In this document: positions 50,100 to 64,000 of the stretch, piece by piece | How positions within the stretch are numbered: the first letter of the stretch is position 1 | Layout of the letters: each line of letters begins with the position of its first letter | From: Octopus sinensis | Lineage: Eukaryota | NCBI RefSeq assembly: GCF_006345805.1 | Contig: NC_043010.1 | Coordinates: 34,410,001 to 34,474,000, forward strand | Direction of reading: 5' to 3' | DNA length: 64,000 nucleotides | Notes under the pieces: generated by a model | Database searches by the model: none | Told to the model about the DNA's origin: nothing | The model's input: only the letters and a program-made list of their open reading frames with translations | Made by a program: the position numbers and the translations under genes

Positions 50100-51364
50100 T
50101 TGGGTTGGCAAGAAAGTAATTTTGTTTTTTGCAAAGAGTCTTTTTTCAATAATTTTTGTGAATGTTATGATTTTTTCCTTTTGACATTTGATAGCTGTTA
50201 CTTTTAGCTTATTTTAGGAGCAAATTGCATGTAATTTTGTTTACAGCTGTTAGTTCAGTGACAATTTTAACATGGAATGCAAAAACAAACATTTTCACCA
50301 TATTTCGCTTTTTTATTTCTGTAAAGATAAGAAAGCTGCTGAGGCTCACAAAGAGATATGTGAAGTTTATAGTGTTGATTGCTTAACAGAATGCACATTT
50401 CAGAAATGGTTTAAAAAACCCTGTTCTAGACTCAAAGATGACCAATGTTCTGGTTGACCTACTGAAGTTGATGACTAATCAAAGCCATAATTGAATCTGA
50501 TTGTCATATAACTGTGTGAGAAATTTCAGAGAGGTTAGATGTATCACATACAACAACTGAAAATCACTTAAAATGTCTTGGACTCATTAAGAAGCTTGAT
50601 ATGGGAGTTGCACATAAATTGAAAAAGATTCACTTAACACAACAAATCAATGTTTGTGAGATGTATTTCAAATGGAATGAAATTGACCTTTTTTGAAACA
50701 AATCATCACTGGTGATGAAAAATGAATTGTCTACTATGACATCAATTGAAAACGATTATGGTCCAAGTATAATGAACCAGCACAAATCACATCAAAAGCT
50801 GAACTGCATCAAAAAAAGGTTATGCTGTCAATTTGGTGGGATTACAAAGGTGTTGTGTAGTTTGAGCTGCTTTGAAGGAATGAAATGATCAATTCAGATG
50901 TTTACTGTCAACAGCTAATGAAACTGGAGGAAGCAATCAAAGAAAAATGACTAGAATTGGTAAATCGTAGAGGAATCGTGTTCAACCATGACAACATTAG
51001 ACCACACACATCTTTGCTAACTTATGAAAAAGTACTGGAGCTTGGTTGGGAAGTGATGTCACATCCACCATATAGTCCTGACTTTGCACCATCAAATTAC
51101 TATTTATTTTGAAGTTTGCAAAATTCTTTGATGGTAAAACTTTCAATAATGATGATGACCTGAAATCACATTTGCTTCAGTTTTTGGCTGATTAGGACCA
51201 GAAGTTCTATGATTGTGGAATCATGAAGTTGCCAGAAATATGGCAAAGGGCCATCAAACAAAATGGAAACTATATAATTGATTAAAGTTCATTCTTTGTA
51301 TGAAAAAAAACAACAAACTTTTATTTCACACTAAACAGCTGAAAATACTTTCTTGCCAATCCAG
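50100..51364 (+). mobile_element. Full-length decayed mariner (DD34D-type) transposon, 1265 bp
   Basis: TIRs ttgggttggcaagaaagtaattt / aaaatactttcttgccaatccag with TA flanks. Remnants MECKNKHFHH, ITGDEK, WWDYKGVV, HDNIRPH and HPPYSPDFAPSN(D>N)Y, with 34 residues between the second and third catalytic positions. Many stops. Confidence 0.92.
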
Positions 51365-53629
51365 TATATATACGTAAATATAAAGTAAACCATTAATATA
51401 TAAATAAACAAAATAAACAAGTTTTAAGAAACAATTTTGTGAAATGAAGATTTACCATAAAGAAAAAGTATTCTGTTATATAAAAGTCATGGTCAGTTCT
51501 GGACATGATATCTGTGATAGTTTAAAAGACTATTTATGACTGAACATTTGTAAGTGACTGCCAAACTTGGATTTCTAGATGCTGGTAGGACATGGTCCAA
51601 TGAAGAAACTTTAATGGGGTCATTGGATCTACTAGAAATAACAGCTAAATATCTCACAACTACAAGTCAAGCCTTATATGGTAAATGGAGCTCAGCCCAA
51701 ATTTTCAACTCTGAATGTTCAGTTATTCGATCAACTAAACAACTGAGCTCATTAAATTAGCATGTAATTTGCTGAGTATTCCACAGACATATACTTTTTG
51801 GTCTGTCATGAGCTACAGGAGTCACACAGCCTGAGCTTAAACCAATTTCTGTAGCATATAAGAAAATGATTACAACTCTCCCGCTGCTGAATGGGATGCT
51901 GGTCCATTGCTATTGTTGGAACCCATGTGCAGTTGTGTGGACTAGAGCAATGTGAAATGAGGTGTTTTGTTCAAGAACACAATACATCACCAGGTCTGGG
52001 AATTGAAACCATGATCATAAGATTGTAAGTGCAACATGATAATCACTAAACCATGCACCTTCACACAGACATGTGTACACTTAATGAAATTCTTGGGTGG
52101 AATCACTGTGACACAATATGACAAGAGTAGACCATTCCGTGCCATGCTGAATCTCACTGAAAACTACATGAAGGGTACATGTGTCTGTGGAGTGCTCAGT
52201 CACTTGCATGTTAATTTCATGAGCAGGCTGTTCCTTTAATCGGATCAACTGGAACCCTCATTGTTGCAACTGATGGAGTGCTAGTTAAAAAAAAGGTACA
52301 ATTAATCTAATAGTCTTCTTTACAGTTTCTGTCCTGCCAGTTTTACTCTATGGTATGGGTTGACCTGAGACTATAGAAAATAAACACTTTCCTAAGATGC
52401 CATGCAGTGCGATCGAAATCATAACCTCTTGATTGCGAAGTTGACTTTTTAACAGTTCAGACATACTATACCTACAATCAAAATCCTACAGTCTTAAAAA
52501 AACAAAAACACATTTCACAGTTACTGGTAGTTTCATCTCAGACAGGATTATTCAGACCAAGGATTCCCATACAGAATAAAACTACTGGTCATTGTGAGCA
52601 CTGAATTTTCCAGCACTCCCAATAAAATTATTACATTACAATTGAATCAAAATGTTTGACTACCAGCAGCAGTAGATGAGGCATCCTACCATCATCATCA
52701 TCATCCTTTAACACCCTTGTTCCATGCCAGCATATGTCGGATGATTGGACAAGATTCAACAGGTCCAAGAGACAATACAGAAAAAGGATGAGGGTGTTTG
52801 TAAGTCACATACTCTAATGACACAACAAGCTATGAAAATAGTCCCTTACTATCACTTAATAGTTGGAAACCTTACACGTTTGCACCCCAAATTGATAACC
52901 CAAACTAAAGTAGAAGACCAGAAATATTTGTTGGAAGTAGAAGTTCATTATATCAACTCCTGTATTTGAGTGGTGCTCATTCTTATTGCTTTTGGAAGAA
53001 TGAAGTTGACCCCACAAGGATTTAAACCCAGGACATAAGGTGCCATAATTAGATACCACAGACCATATTGTGTGATTCTGCCCATTCAATATGAAGAAAC
53101 AAGGAGAGTGTATTTTTAAGACATGTGATCTTGATAATATTGCTAGTTGCTTGGTTAGTCCAGATTACTCTGTAAGGAGCATAGAGCCAGTTTTCTGGTT
53201 TCTGTTGCTTATATATTCCTCCCTGGATGAGACACCAGTCCATCACAGGATTACTCATTTTTATCAGCTGAATGTGAAATGAAGTGTCTTGCTCAAGAAC
53301 ACAACACATCGCTTAGTCCAGGAATCAAAACCACAATCTTATGATCACGAGTCCAACACCCTAACCACTAAGAGCTAGTCTCTTACTGTCGCATAATTGT
53401 TGGGAGCCTAAATGTTTGTTCTTTGAATGATATGAAGAAATAAAGAAGGAATATTAGTAAGTCACATGATCTGATAATAATACAGCAGCCCTTTCAAATG
53501 GTTGATCAGTTGTTGTTAGTTAAATATTGGAACCTGTTGGTTTCAATACCTAGCACTGTTACAGATATGGTTTTTTTTATCCCTAGAACTGGCTATACCT
53601 GTACAATAACAAAGAAAGAAAGAAACAAG

Positions 53630-53720
53630 CAACCACCACCACCACCACCACCACCACTACCACCACCACCACCACCACCACCACCACCACCACCACCAAT
53701 AACAACAACAACAACAACAA
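53630..53720. repeat. (CCA)n then (ACA)n trinucleotide repeats
   Basis: Directly visible. Similar low-complexity tracts continue to about 54620. Confidence 0.95.
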
Positions 53721-54150
53721 CTTTTAGGATAACAGCAACATGGACAAGGACAACACTGAGGATAGCAGCAACAAGAAAAATATCAATGTAAACAACAATA
53801 ACAATGACATTAATGACAACATCAAGACAAAGGTTACAAGCAAGTAAAGGACTTGCTACAGAGTTGCTTGACATACTAAAACTGGCAGCCAAATAGCCCT
53901 CAAATCATAACCTACCATCTTAAGAAAGGAAAGGACATTGGACAATGTAACTCTAATATAGTCCAAAACAGACAGTTTTGTCATGGTTGGAATGCCTTCA
54001 ATCATAGCTGTTTAGTCAGGGCTAACTAACATGGGGCTAAGGAATAGCAATGGTTATGACAAGAACAAGAACAATAACAACAGCATCAAGGGCAGCAGTG
54101 ACTCAATCAGGACCAGGCAACATCGACAACATCACCTTTTCAACAACGAT

Positions 54151-54182
<32 letters not shown>

Positions 54183-54669
54183 CAAAAACAACAAAACAAC
54201 AACAACAAAAACAAGAACAACAATGAAAACTGAAAAAAATAAACACAGCTGCAACAACAAAAAATTTGAAAAGATAGATAATTTACAAAATTATTTTACA
54301 ATATTTTTTAACATTTTAGATAACTAAAATGTAACACACACACACATATATATATATATGTATATATAATATATATATATATAAACAGATCTTGTAGATT
54401 TCAAGACACTACCACCACTACCACCAACAATAATGTAGACATCATCACCAAGTAACAGCCTGACAATGACGACGACAACCACCACCACCAACAAAAACAC
54501 CATTAGCAAGTCAAACCCCACCACCAGTGCTGATATTGCTGCGGACACCACCACCACCACCACCACCACATCACCACTGCCACTCCATCATCAACAAAAA
54601 CAACAATAATGATAACATCTCAATATGACCACCACTTCTAAAAACAATGAATTTGGGGCCTCATATAAA

Positions 54670-55007
54670 AAAAACAAAAATAATGGCACTCTATCAGTTA
54701 CAATGTTGAAAGTTGCAGTTGATCTCATCAAGAGAACATCCTGCTCATGAAATAAACGTGCAAGTGGCTGAGTATTCCACAGACAAGCGTAACCTTGACA
54801 TAGTTCTCAGGGAGATTCAATGTGACACAGAATGTGACAAGGCTAGCCCTTTGAATTACAGGTACAACTCATTTTAGCCAGCTGAGTGGACTGGAGCAAC
54901 ATGAAATAAAGTGTCTTGCTCAAGGACACAACATGTCACTGGGAACTGAACTCTCGACCTCATGACCATGAGCCAAATACCCTAACCACTAAGCCGCACA
55001 CCTTCAC
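54670..55007 (-). mobile_element. tRNA-derived SINE, reverse orientation
   Basis: Minus strand reads gtgaaggtgtgcggcttagtggttaggg...gagttcagttccc...gtgtccttgagcaagacactttatttca...ccactcagctgg. Confidence 0.8.
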
Positions 55008-55184
55008 TGGGACCTCATATGTCTCAGGCAAAGAGATCTGTACTTGGAAAGGTTGAATCCAAGTTACAGGCCTAGGAAGATCTGCAATGTAATCTTCCTT
55101 CGTCATACCATTAGTAGTGGCTGAGGGAAAGGCAAGGATTAACACAACTTGTTACCAGTGTTTTTGTTGCATATGTTGCTGTTA

Positions 55185-55515
55185 GTGAAGGTGCATGGCT
55201 CAGTGGTTAGGGCATTGAGCTTATGCTCATGAGGTTGTGAGTTTGATTCCTGGACCAGCTGTGTGTTGTGTTCTTGAGCAAGACACTTTATTTCACATTG
55301 CTCCAGTTCACTCAGCTGTAGAAATGAGTTGTGACGTCACTGGTGCCAAACTGTATCGGCCTTTGCTTTTCCCTTGGATAACAATGGTGGTGTGGAGAGG
55401 GGGTGGGCTGGTGTGCATGAGCGACTGCTGGTCTTCTATAAACAACCTTGCCTGGACTTGTGTCTTGGAGGGTAACTTTCTAGGTACAATCCCATGGTCA
55501 TTCATGACTGAAGTG
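55185..55515 (+). mobile_element. tRNA-derived SINE
   Basis: A-box TGGCTCAGTGG and B-box GAGTTTGATTCC. Same family as the reverse copy at 4808-5095. Confidence 0.85.
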
Positions 55516-56194
55516 AATCACCCTGTTGTCATCAGAAAACAAACAACCAAAACTGGTACCACAAGGCATCTTATCTATATGCTCTAACAATTTTGCTAAT
55601 CTGGCATAGTATTTGTAGGCCCTGGTATAGTATTTGTAGGCTCTGAAAGAGTGAAAAGCAAATTTGACCTTGATGGGATTTGAATCCAGAATTCAGAGAG
55701 AGGGAACAAATACTGGTTTCAAATTTTGGTACAAGGCCAGCAATTTCAGGAGAGGAGGATAAGCTGATTGCATTGACTCCAGTGATCAACTGGTATGTAT
55801 TTTATTGACCCTGAAAGGATGAAAGGCAAAGTCAACCTTGATGGAATTTGAACTCAGAATGTAAAGACAGATGAAATGCTGTAAAGCATTTTGCCCAACA
55901 TGCTGATGGTTCTGCCACCTTGCTGTCTTAAAGCTGGAACAAATATTGCCAGGCATTCTAACAACTTTGTCAACTCACTGCCTATCAACAACAGTATTCC
56001 CCCCCCCAACAACAACTTGCTAGAAATAGCAGCTAAATCTTCCTGGTGTTGTGATTGTGTTGTAGGTGTGCTGCTGTTGTAGTATTGCCATTATTAGAGG
56101 AATAAAATAAGTGAAAAAACACTGGTTAATTTCACTACTTTTACTGAAGTCAAGCCAGCAGATGAAAGGTAAAGATACATTCATTAATTTCAGT

Positions 56195-56204
<10 letters not shown>

Positions 56205-56227
<23 letters not shown>

Positions 56228-56470
56228 TTAATGTCTGCTTTCCATTCTGGCTTGGGTTGGATGGTTTGACAGGAGCTGGCCAGGCAGGAGACTGCACCAG
56301 GCTTCAGTGTCTGCTTTGACATGGTTTTTACAGCTGGATGCCCTTCCAACCACACTACAGAGTGGACTGAGAGCTTTTTATGTAACACCAGCACTAGCAG
56401 AGCCACCAAGTAAGTAACTTGCAAGACAACTATCCTTTGAGAGGGGAGGGGCATTGGAGGAGGTGACCTT
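56205..56470 (-). mobile_element. Retroposon fragment with (ATG)n tail
   Basis: Related to 8445-8690 (cagctggatgcccttcc; ttttatgtaacaccagcac). Confidence 0.65.
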
Positions 56471-57351
56471 GTGAGAACAACAAACAATAACAACAACACA
56501 CACATTAAGTAGAACTGATGGTGGTGGTGGTGGTGGTCACAGTAGTTTTCTTGCTGTTGTTGTTTACAGGAGAGGGAGAACTATGGAGTGGGTTTGCTTA
56601 GTCAACCAGCTGACTAGACACATCAATCAATCAATAAATTTTGGAAAATAAATATTAAATGAGCAGAGATCATGTAACTGATCTCCACAGAAACAAAACA
56701 GTTTAAGAAATGTAATTAATTGCATAAAATGAAAGAAAAATTACAAACAAAACATGCACACATACACACTCATACATGCATACACAGAGAATGAACCAAA
56801 TTAATAAGAACAAACAAGCAGAATCAAGAGGCATGCACATAGAGCAAACATAAATGTCTGAACTTCCAAAAAAAAAGAAGATCAGAAAAGGAGATTAATA
56901 GAAACAAAATTCTATATTGTTTTACTTTTAAATTATATTTTTCGTACATAGGCACAGAACCTCAAATTTAGGATAGGAGTATAGTCAAATATATTCAATA
57001 TACCCCAACCAGGACTTAAGGGAAGCATTAAGGGCAAAGTTGATTTTAGCAGGGTTTGAATTCAGAACATTAGAAAATGTTACCAAATACCACTAGGTAT
57101 TTTCTGTTCATTGCTTTGCCAATCCTAATGATAATGATAATGATGTGTAGCTAACATTTAAAAAAATGGTTATAGAGAAAGAAAAGAAAATATGTCAAAG
57201 GTAGTGGTGGTGGTGGGTTAAGGAAAAAACAGACAGAAGGGATAAAATGGGTTCACATAAGAAGGTTATTATTTATTGTTTTATTATTATTATTTTTTTT
57301 TCTGAGGTAAGGATCAAATAGAGGAATTTTAGGAGGTGTGTGGGGACCTAC

Positions 57352-57405
57352 CTTGGCTGCAGCCCGTTTTGTGTAGGCTCTCAGCCACAAATTACACCAG
57401 GTCAC
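57352..57405 (-). CDS. Exon (phase 0-0) VTWCNLWLRAYTKRAAAK, probably the strand preceding the Tudor-SN terminal helix
   Basis: Acceptor ctctccccaaatccttccttcacag| and donor AAG|GTAGGT; 54 nt, only frame 0 open. When joined to 49264, CNLW...INEELV parallels AKAP1 IQLW...INRSLV. Confidence 0.6.
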
Positions 57406-59169
57406 CTGTGAAGGAAGGATTTGGGGAGAGCGAATGATAAAAAGATATATCAATCAGTAAAAAACAAAGGAAAGGAATGCACAAGAAAAAAATATATACA
57501 ATAATAAAATAAAACAAATAAACAAGTTAAGACTATCTTCCAGGTTGTTTTAGCAACAGAAGTTCTTGTTGATTTGAATTTTAAATTATTTCAAAAATTT
57601 TGTAATTGTTTTCTTATTGGGTAACTTCAGAGTAGAATACCTTTAGATTTTTATGAGATTGTTAGAGAAATAGGAGAAAGATAAGATTAATGTTCATGGA
57701 CTTCCTAGACTTTGCTCTCAAAAACTGCATGGTTTTCTCTCCAGGTTCAGAAAATATTTCAGCCCCTACCTCACCCAATAACTACAAGTCTCAGATTAGA
57801 ATCACAAAGGAGTACCACTCTTGTATCTGGAAGGAAGCCGTTGCTACACACTTAGTCATCTTATATCACATTAAAAAGTGAGGTTATATGTTTGACGGAA
57901 TGTCATGAAATCACTCTCAGACATGTTCCAACCAATGGTCCACAAATGTGCCATCTCCTTTCTTCATCTGTTCTAATTGCTATTACAATGGCCTCTGCTC
58001 TTTGTAGCAGGCTGGGCTTGTGCCACCTTCACTCAGGCACATCTGTCTCACTTATCTCTCCTCTTCTGATCACTGATATTCTGCTCACTCCTTTATTTCC
58101 TCTTCTAGGCCCCCAGCTAACCCCCATGTTCAGTCCTTTCTTCCCAGAACATCAACCCTTTAGAATTCCATTTCTGTACATGTCTTTCCTGTAATGTAAT
58201 CAAGGACTTGTAATAGTTCAAGTGGAATGTGAATGGCAAAGATTATAAGCACAGACTGCACACCACCTTCCTTGAGACCAAGCTTAAAGAATACATTTAA
58301 AAAAAAAAAGGATAGATGACATTGATGTGAGTAATGTCCAAAGTGAACATCAGTAAGTCAGGCCTGTGTTTATAAGGGGAGAGGAAAGGGCAATGGAGGA
58401 TATTTCTGAAGGGCTGTAGTTCTGTGTAGGAAAGACTGAACAAAGGATTAAACGGTTTAGGGTGGAGTCTGGAAGCTAAGATGCAGTAAGGATGACAGAA
58501 AGAAGAGAAGAAGCAATGGTTAGGATAAGTAAGTTTGGATGGTGGGTGGCAAGGATATACAGATAGCTAGTTTTGAGGAGCAGAGATTGTTGTAGTAACA
58601 GTAGAAGAGAGAGAAAAAGAAGAGATAGACAGATAAAGAGAAAGAGAAGGGAGAGAATGAGAGAGAGAAAGAGAGAGTTTATTAATCCCACCAAGAAATG
58701 AATATCATTACCATGTTTTATATTTTGATCTGCAAATTAAACAATAAAACAACTAATTGCTAAATTCAATACATAACGTTCATATTTGATCTCTGTTCAC
58801 TTTTAATGAGCATTATCTAATTATATACTCACGCATATATTATTAACTAATTACACACACCTGTATATTACCTGACTGTGCACACAATTATCTAATTGTG
58901 TACACATGCGTGCAAGAACGTTTTGTTACAACTTTGTGTAGATAGTGAAGTGAAAAGAATCTCAACCAGTCAAACTATCTATTCATTGTCCTCTCTCTTT
59001 CTTCCTCCTCCTTCTCCTTCTCTCTCTCTCTCTCTCTCTCTCTCTATGTATGAAGATATGTGTGTGTGTATGTGTGTGTGTTGATGTCACAAGAATTTAG
59101 AAACCTAGAGAATGTGAAATAATTCTTTTTAGGAACAGTGAAACTTGAAGCCGACTAAGCTATAAATAA

Positions 59170-59395
59170 TGATTTCAAACCTTGGCACAAGGCCAGCAAT
59201 ATTGGAGGAGGAGGGGATTAAATTGCTTACATTGACCCCCAGTGCTCAACTGGTTGGTACTTATTTTATTGACCCTGCAAAAATGAAAGACAGAGTTGGC
59301 CTCGGTGGAATTTGAACTCAGAATGTAAAGACAGATGAAATCCCACTGAGCACGATGTCTGGTGTGTTAAATATTCTGCCAGCTCACTGCCTTAA
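59170..59395 (-). mobile_element. Nin/Deu-core-type SINE copy
   Basis: Same sequence family as 24465-24686. Confidence 0.7.
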
Positions 59396-59583
59396 ATAAA
59401 GCTATAAATAATAACAAGTAAATATTGGGTCAAAACCCTTTGAATAGAGAAAGTTGAAGGCTGCTGTGGGACTTGAACCTGCACCTCCTGTAAACATGTA
59501 TTCACACACATACATACACATTTATACATGCATATATATGAATAAATGTTATATGCTGGTTTGTCTGTGTGTGTTTGTGTGTG

Positions 59584-59614
<31 letters not shown>

Positions 59615-59776
59615 GCATGTATATTTATTTATTTTATTTATTTTATCTAGTTTCAGCTCACGAGCTGTGGCCATGCTGGGGCACCACCATTATATGTATA
59701 TATATGTTATATACATGTATATATATGTTATATATGTTTGTGTATATGTATATATATATGTTTATGATATCTACTA

Positions 59777-59819
<43 letters not shown>

Positions 59820-60989
59820 AATCTACCTCTCTCTTTATATATAATGCCTACAACCTACTAACTTATCTACCTATCCATCAACGTATTTGTCTAGCTAAAT
59901 AATTAACTAAACTCAGGCTAGTTCACATTATACATCAGTATATTTATTAAATCTAAACAGAGATATTGATAAAGAGAATATAATGAGAAGTTAACACAAA
60001 CTCCACCTACGGGACTTTTTTTATGTTCTTTAGACAAGTAACATGTGACTGCGTAGATTATTTTTTATATATATGATTATCTGTATGTATAAATAGCATG
60101 CAATTAATTTATGATTAATAGAATTCATTTTCACACACACACACACACACACCTTTATATATAATATGTAATAAATTTATAATTAAGATAGGATACTAGA
60201 GATAATTTTCTATTTTCTCATGATGACTAATTACTCTCAGAGCGACACTACTTGCTAATGGTACCTATTTACAGTTAAGTGGATTGAGCTTTTGAAAAGC
60301 AATGTGTTCTTAGCCATTGATGCAATATCTCAGATCTCTGCAGATTTTTTTTTTCTCTGTTTGTTCAACATCCTTTTAACTTGGCGAGGTAGACCACTCA
60401 AATATAAACAGAACCAACCCATTAAAAATATATAAAAAGAGGAAATAATTTTATCTTTTTTTTTAAATATTAATTCAGACAATATACTAGTTTCATTTGG
60501 ATTTTTAAAAAAATATTGTTTTCTACTTTTACATTCAGTAGCAAATTCAAGAGTAACTATGATGCATTTAACAACAACAAATAATGCAACAAATTGACCA
60601 ACAATATGATATTATTAAACATTAAAATCACTAATTTGAGACAGAAAAGAACAACAGGCTCATTGACAAGATTCAAACTGTGTATCTATCCCTTACTGGT
60701 TTGAATTCTGCCAGAGGGACCATTTGTCTATTTTTTTCTCAAATTGGTTCTTATAATGTCTAAAGCCATCCACATAAAAATCTTAATAATTAATTTAAAG
60801 TGATGATATATCGAATGTGGACTGAATATGCAATTGTGGAAAATTTGTCCTAATGTAATTCTTTCAATTGAAACAATGGGGAAGCAAGTTCAAACTGTGG
60901 GGGAGTATATTGTTACCCTCTATACTCAAATAAGTTGCAATTTTTTTTACTACAAAAAAAAAAAAAAAAAATTAAACGAAAGAAAACGT

Positions 60990-61170
60990 GAGTGTAGTGG
61001 GTGCTTTTTACGTGCCACCAGCACAGGGGCCAGAGGAAGCTGGCAACAGCTATGATCAGTTGGTACTTTTTACGTGCCACTGGCACAGAAGCTAGTCAAA
61101 GTGGCGCTGGCATCGGCCATGTTCGGATAGTGCTTTTTACATGACACCAGCACGGGTATCACAACTACAA
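60990..61170. repeat. Retroposon fragment with three internal roughly 60-bp repeats (gtgctttttacgtgccacc.gcac)
   Basis: Three related units are visible; same family as 8590-8690. Confidence 0.65.
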
Positions 61171-61573
61171 TTTCCATTATATATATATATATAAAATATA
61201 TAAACAATGGGCAATAAAATGCTAGTTTAAGTGTGGTATACATAGTAACCAAGTAGAGTTCAGGGAGGTCAGAATCTTAAACTCCAAATTCTTCATGAGA
61301 GTGACGTAGTATGCATAATCTCCAGAAACAGACTGTTGCCATAAAGATTGTAAATTGTAACTACAGACTGTTTAAAGTTAAATTCTACCAAACCAGTATT
61401 GAGTGCACTCTATAATGTAATTAAAAGGATATGATCAATTATATAAAATAATTAGACTGTCTCAATAAATTCTAGAAATTAAAAAATACCTATACAATGA
61501 CTATACTTATAAAGAGGTGTAGAGTTATGCATGTGTGTATTGTTGTTGAAGATTCGTGTGTGTGTGTGTGTGG

Positions 61574-61618
<45 letters not shown>

Positions 61619-61793
61619 GGAGTGAGAGAGAGAGACAAGTTATTTAGTTAAAGTGGCTAGGAGCTATTTGAAATGCTACACTCTCAACAGGGATTGTCTC
61701 TCTTAATACATTCTCTCTTCTATAGACACAAAGATACACATGCGAACATGCATGTGTATGTGCATACTCGAGATAATAATGATAATAATAATG

Positions 61794-61827
<34 letters not shown>

Positions 61828-63067
61828 CAATGTGGCAAGAATGATCCAGTGGGAGCTCTGTGGAAATCACGGGCTACAAAGAGCTAGTTAACTACATTGT
61901 CTCCGGTACTCAATTGGTACTTATTTTATCAACTTCAAAAGGATGAAAGGCGAAGTTGACTTCAGTGGAATTTGAACTCAGTATGTAAAAAGCCAAAATA
62001 AATGTCGTTTTTGCCTGGTGTGGTAAGGATTCTGCTAAATCTGATCCCCAAAAGGATGAAAGGTAAAGTTGCCATCAACAGGATTTGAGTTCAGAATGTA
62101 AAGAGCTAGCAAGATTGAGTTTCTGTGGATGTTGACTGTAAAATTGAATTGATAAAGAAATCTCAGAAAAATATCAACATATGCTATATTGCTCATGGTT
62201 GTGCTGGATATTTTGGAAAGGTTTTGATTATGTATGTGTGTGTGTGTGTGTAAGCATGTGTACCATTTAGAACTCTTTACTAATATAACTTTTTATTTTA
62301 TTAAAAGAAATCAAATTTTTCTTTGAAACCATTTACTTTTTTGTTGGGGGTTGAGTAGGAACTTGCTTTCCTCATGGAAGTCTTGACCATTTTGAATACC
62401 AAACCTGCTTGAATCTAAATCTGGTTTTAATGATACAAAACTGTCCTTTTTTGTAAAGTGATCATATATAAATTATAATTCAGAAAACTCTTCCACAATA
62501 ATTTTGTCAGACATCTTCAGTTACATTATGGCCAAAATACTAGCTTACTAACATCAGATTTAATTATTTTATACAGTGTTCAAATATTTTCAAAATTGAT
62601 TGAAATACTTAGTGTTATTTCATAAAAAATATGGTCAGTAAAAATTTAACAAGAAATAAAATATAAATAGAAACAAAAAGAAAATAATGGAAATAAATAA
62701 ATAAAACAAAAGTAAAACTAAAATAAAACTAATTCTAAAAAGCATCCAGAAGATAACAACAAAAATATGCAAAAAACAATAACTAAATCTACAAATTCGG
62801 TGAGTGGCTGGTGGCTTGAAAAGATCTGTAAGGGTTACAGTAAAGTTTAGAAGCCATCTAGAATGTGACAAAGTTGGAAACAACAAACAAGCTATATGTG
62901 TATATTTGTAGCTATATCCATCTATATATGTATGTGTGTTTGTGTGTGTGTGAGCATGTGTATCATGACTGAGCGGTAGAGTGCCATCATCATCTCATCA
63001 TGTCATCTTTTTTGATGAGTGCTGGGATTGGGTTTTCCCCTATCATGTGTGAAACTGATTGGTAAAA

Positions 63068-63103
<36 letters not shown>

Positions 63104-63289
63104 ACCTCTCCTGTTGATTTCAGCATGACAGTCTAGTTGTTCCGTCCAATAAATGACCCTCACATTGAATTAGTGTGTGAAGTGGTTGAGTATTCCTTAG
63201 GCATATATACCCTTAATTTAATTTCTAAGAAGAATCAATGTAACACAATGTAACAAGACTGGACATTTGAATTGCAGGTCCAATCATTC

Positions 63290-63990
63290 TGATGGGTTTC
63301 TACAGTTTCAGTCAACAAAATCTCACTCATAAGGCTATGGTAAAAGACACTTGCCCAAAATGACATGCAGAAGGAGTGAACCTGAGACATTATGACTGTG
63401 AAGCGAACTACTTAACAACTCAGCCATGCCTAAGTCTATGTATCTGTTTGTTTTAACCTCTATTTTTGCATGCCTTTCTTGCCCCTAAACCTACCTTACT
63501 TTACAAGTAAGAGATCTCATATTTCAAATGTTTTTCAAAGGTACGAAGCAAGCAGGTGACGTGTTGCGGATGGAAGTAACTACGACAACACTGCTTACAG
63601 TGAACCCAGAAGTAAACAAGCAGAAAAATACATGCATGCATATGCACACACACACATACACATGCCCATATGATGGGTGAGACTAAAGTAGAAGGCATTT
63701 GTCCAAGTGCCATGCATTAGAACTGAACCCAAAACCATATGGTTGGGAGGTAAACTTCTTGACCACATACTTGCATACCTGTACCTTATATAGATATATA
63801 TTCTTTTTTTTACGACCAGGCTATCAGATGTTGCTACACATCGCTGGTCACAATGCACTTCACATTGTTTTAGCCTTCAAATGACACCACCCTACTGGCT
63901 AAGCGAGCAGGCCAACAGAAGAAAGAGTGAGAGAAAGTTGTGTTGAAAAAGTACAGCAGTCATCGCCACCACCCCTTGCGGAAGCCTCGT
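63290..63990. mobile_element. Cluster of SINE fragments (reverse head 63290-63430, reverse head about 63680-63785, tail 63812-63990)
   Basis: Match the 3563-family head in reverse orientation and the inverted 7545-7660 segment. Confidence 0.65.
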
Positions 63991-64000
63991 GGGGCTTTAG

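Noticed and set aside
53550-53598. Candidate 49-nt minus exon (acceptor ttgttattgtacag, donor GTATTG)
   Set aside because: Phase 1-2; it would frameshift the 57352>49264 path. Possibly cryptic or a poison exon, but unsupported.
53498-54569. Poly-Pro, poly-Gly, poly-Asn and poly-Val ORFs
   Set aside because: Products of (CCA)n, (ACA)n and (AAC)n microsatellites, without splice support.
55010-55120. Candidate minus exon xTTNGMTKEDYIADLPRPVTWIQPFQ with a good acceptor
   Set aside because: Open only in phase 1, which is incompatible with the flanking phase-0 exons. No convincing donor; it runs into a SINE head. The PFQ similarity to Tudor domains may be chance.

Overview
AT-rich, microsatellite- and SINE-dense animal genomic DNA. 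The repeat families resemble, from memory, those of Octopus/coleoid cephalopods; this is inferred, not database-checked. No prokaryotic features, CRISPR arrays or true tRNA/rRNA genes were seen. Left end: the last two exons of a + strand ATP synthase subunit e gene (3117-4372), with a near-complete IR/DR-type Tc1 (DD34E) element (618-2234) in the upstream intron, then a short, strongly spliced - strand transcript of unknown product (5.3-7.1 kb). From 7 to 26 kb and 47 to 64 kb: SINEs, two decayed mariner copies, an RTE LINE remnant and simple repeats. The dominant feature is on the - strand. Two small phase-0 exons (57352-57405, 49154-49264) encode what looks like the C-terminal lobe of an extended Tudor (Tudor-SN type) domain. 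They are followed by one apparent giant exon of about 20.8 kb (26332-47101), about 6,900 aa once two single-base deletions in the near-identical repeat core are repaired. It encodes a disordered, acidic-then-basic protein with 27 copies of an ITIM-like [LV]xYSAL motif (mostly in a 107-aa/321-bp unit), nine W-x-x-F-Y-type motifs, FFAT-like motifs, an AKAP-like amphipathic helix and C-terminal polylysine clusters. It looks like a giant multivalent scaffold isoform; all motif functions are inference.
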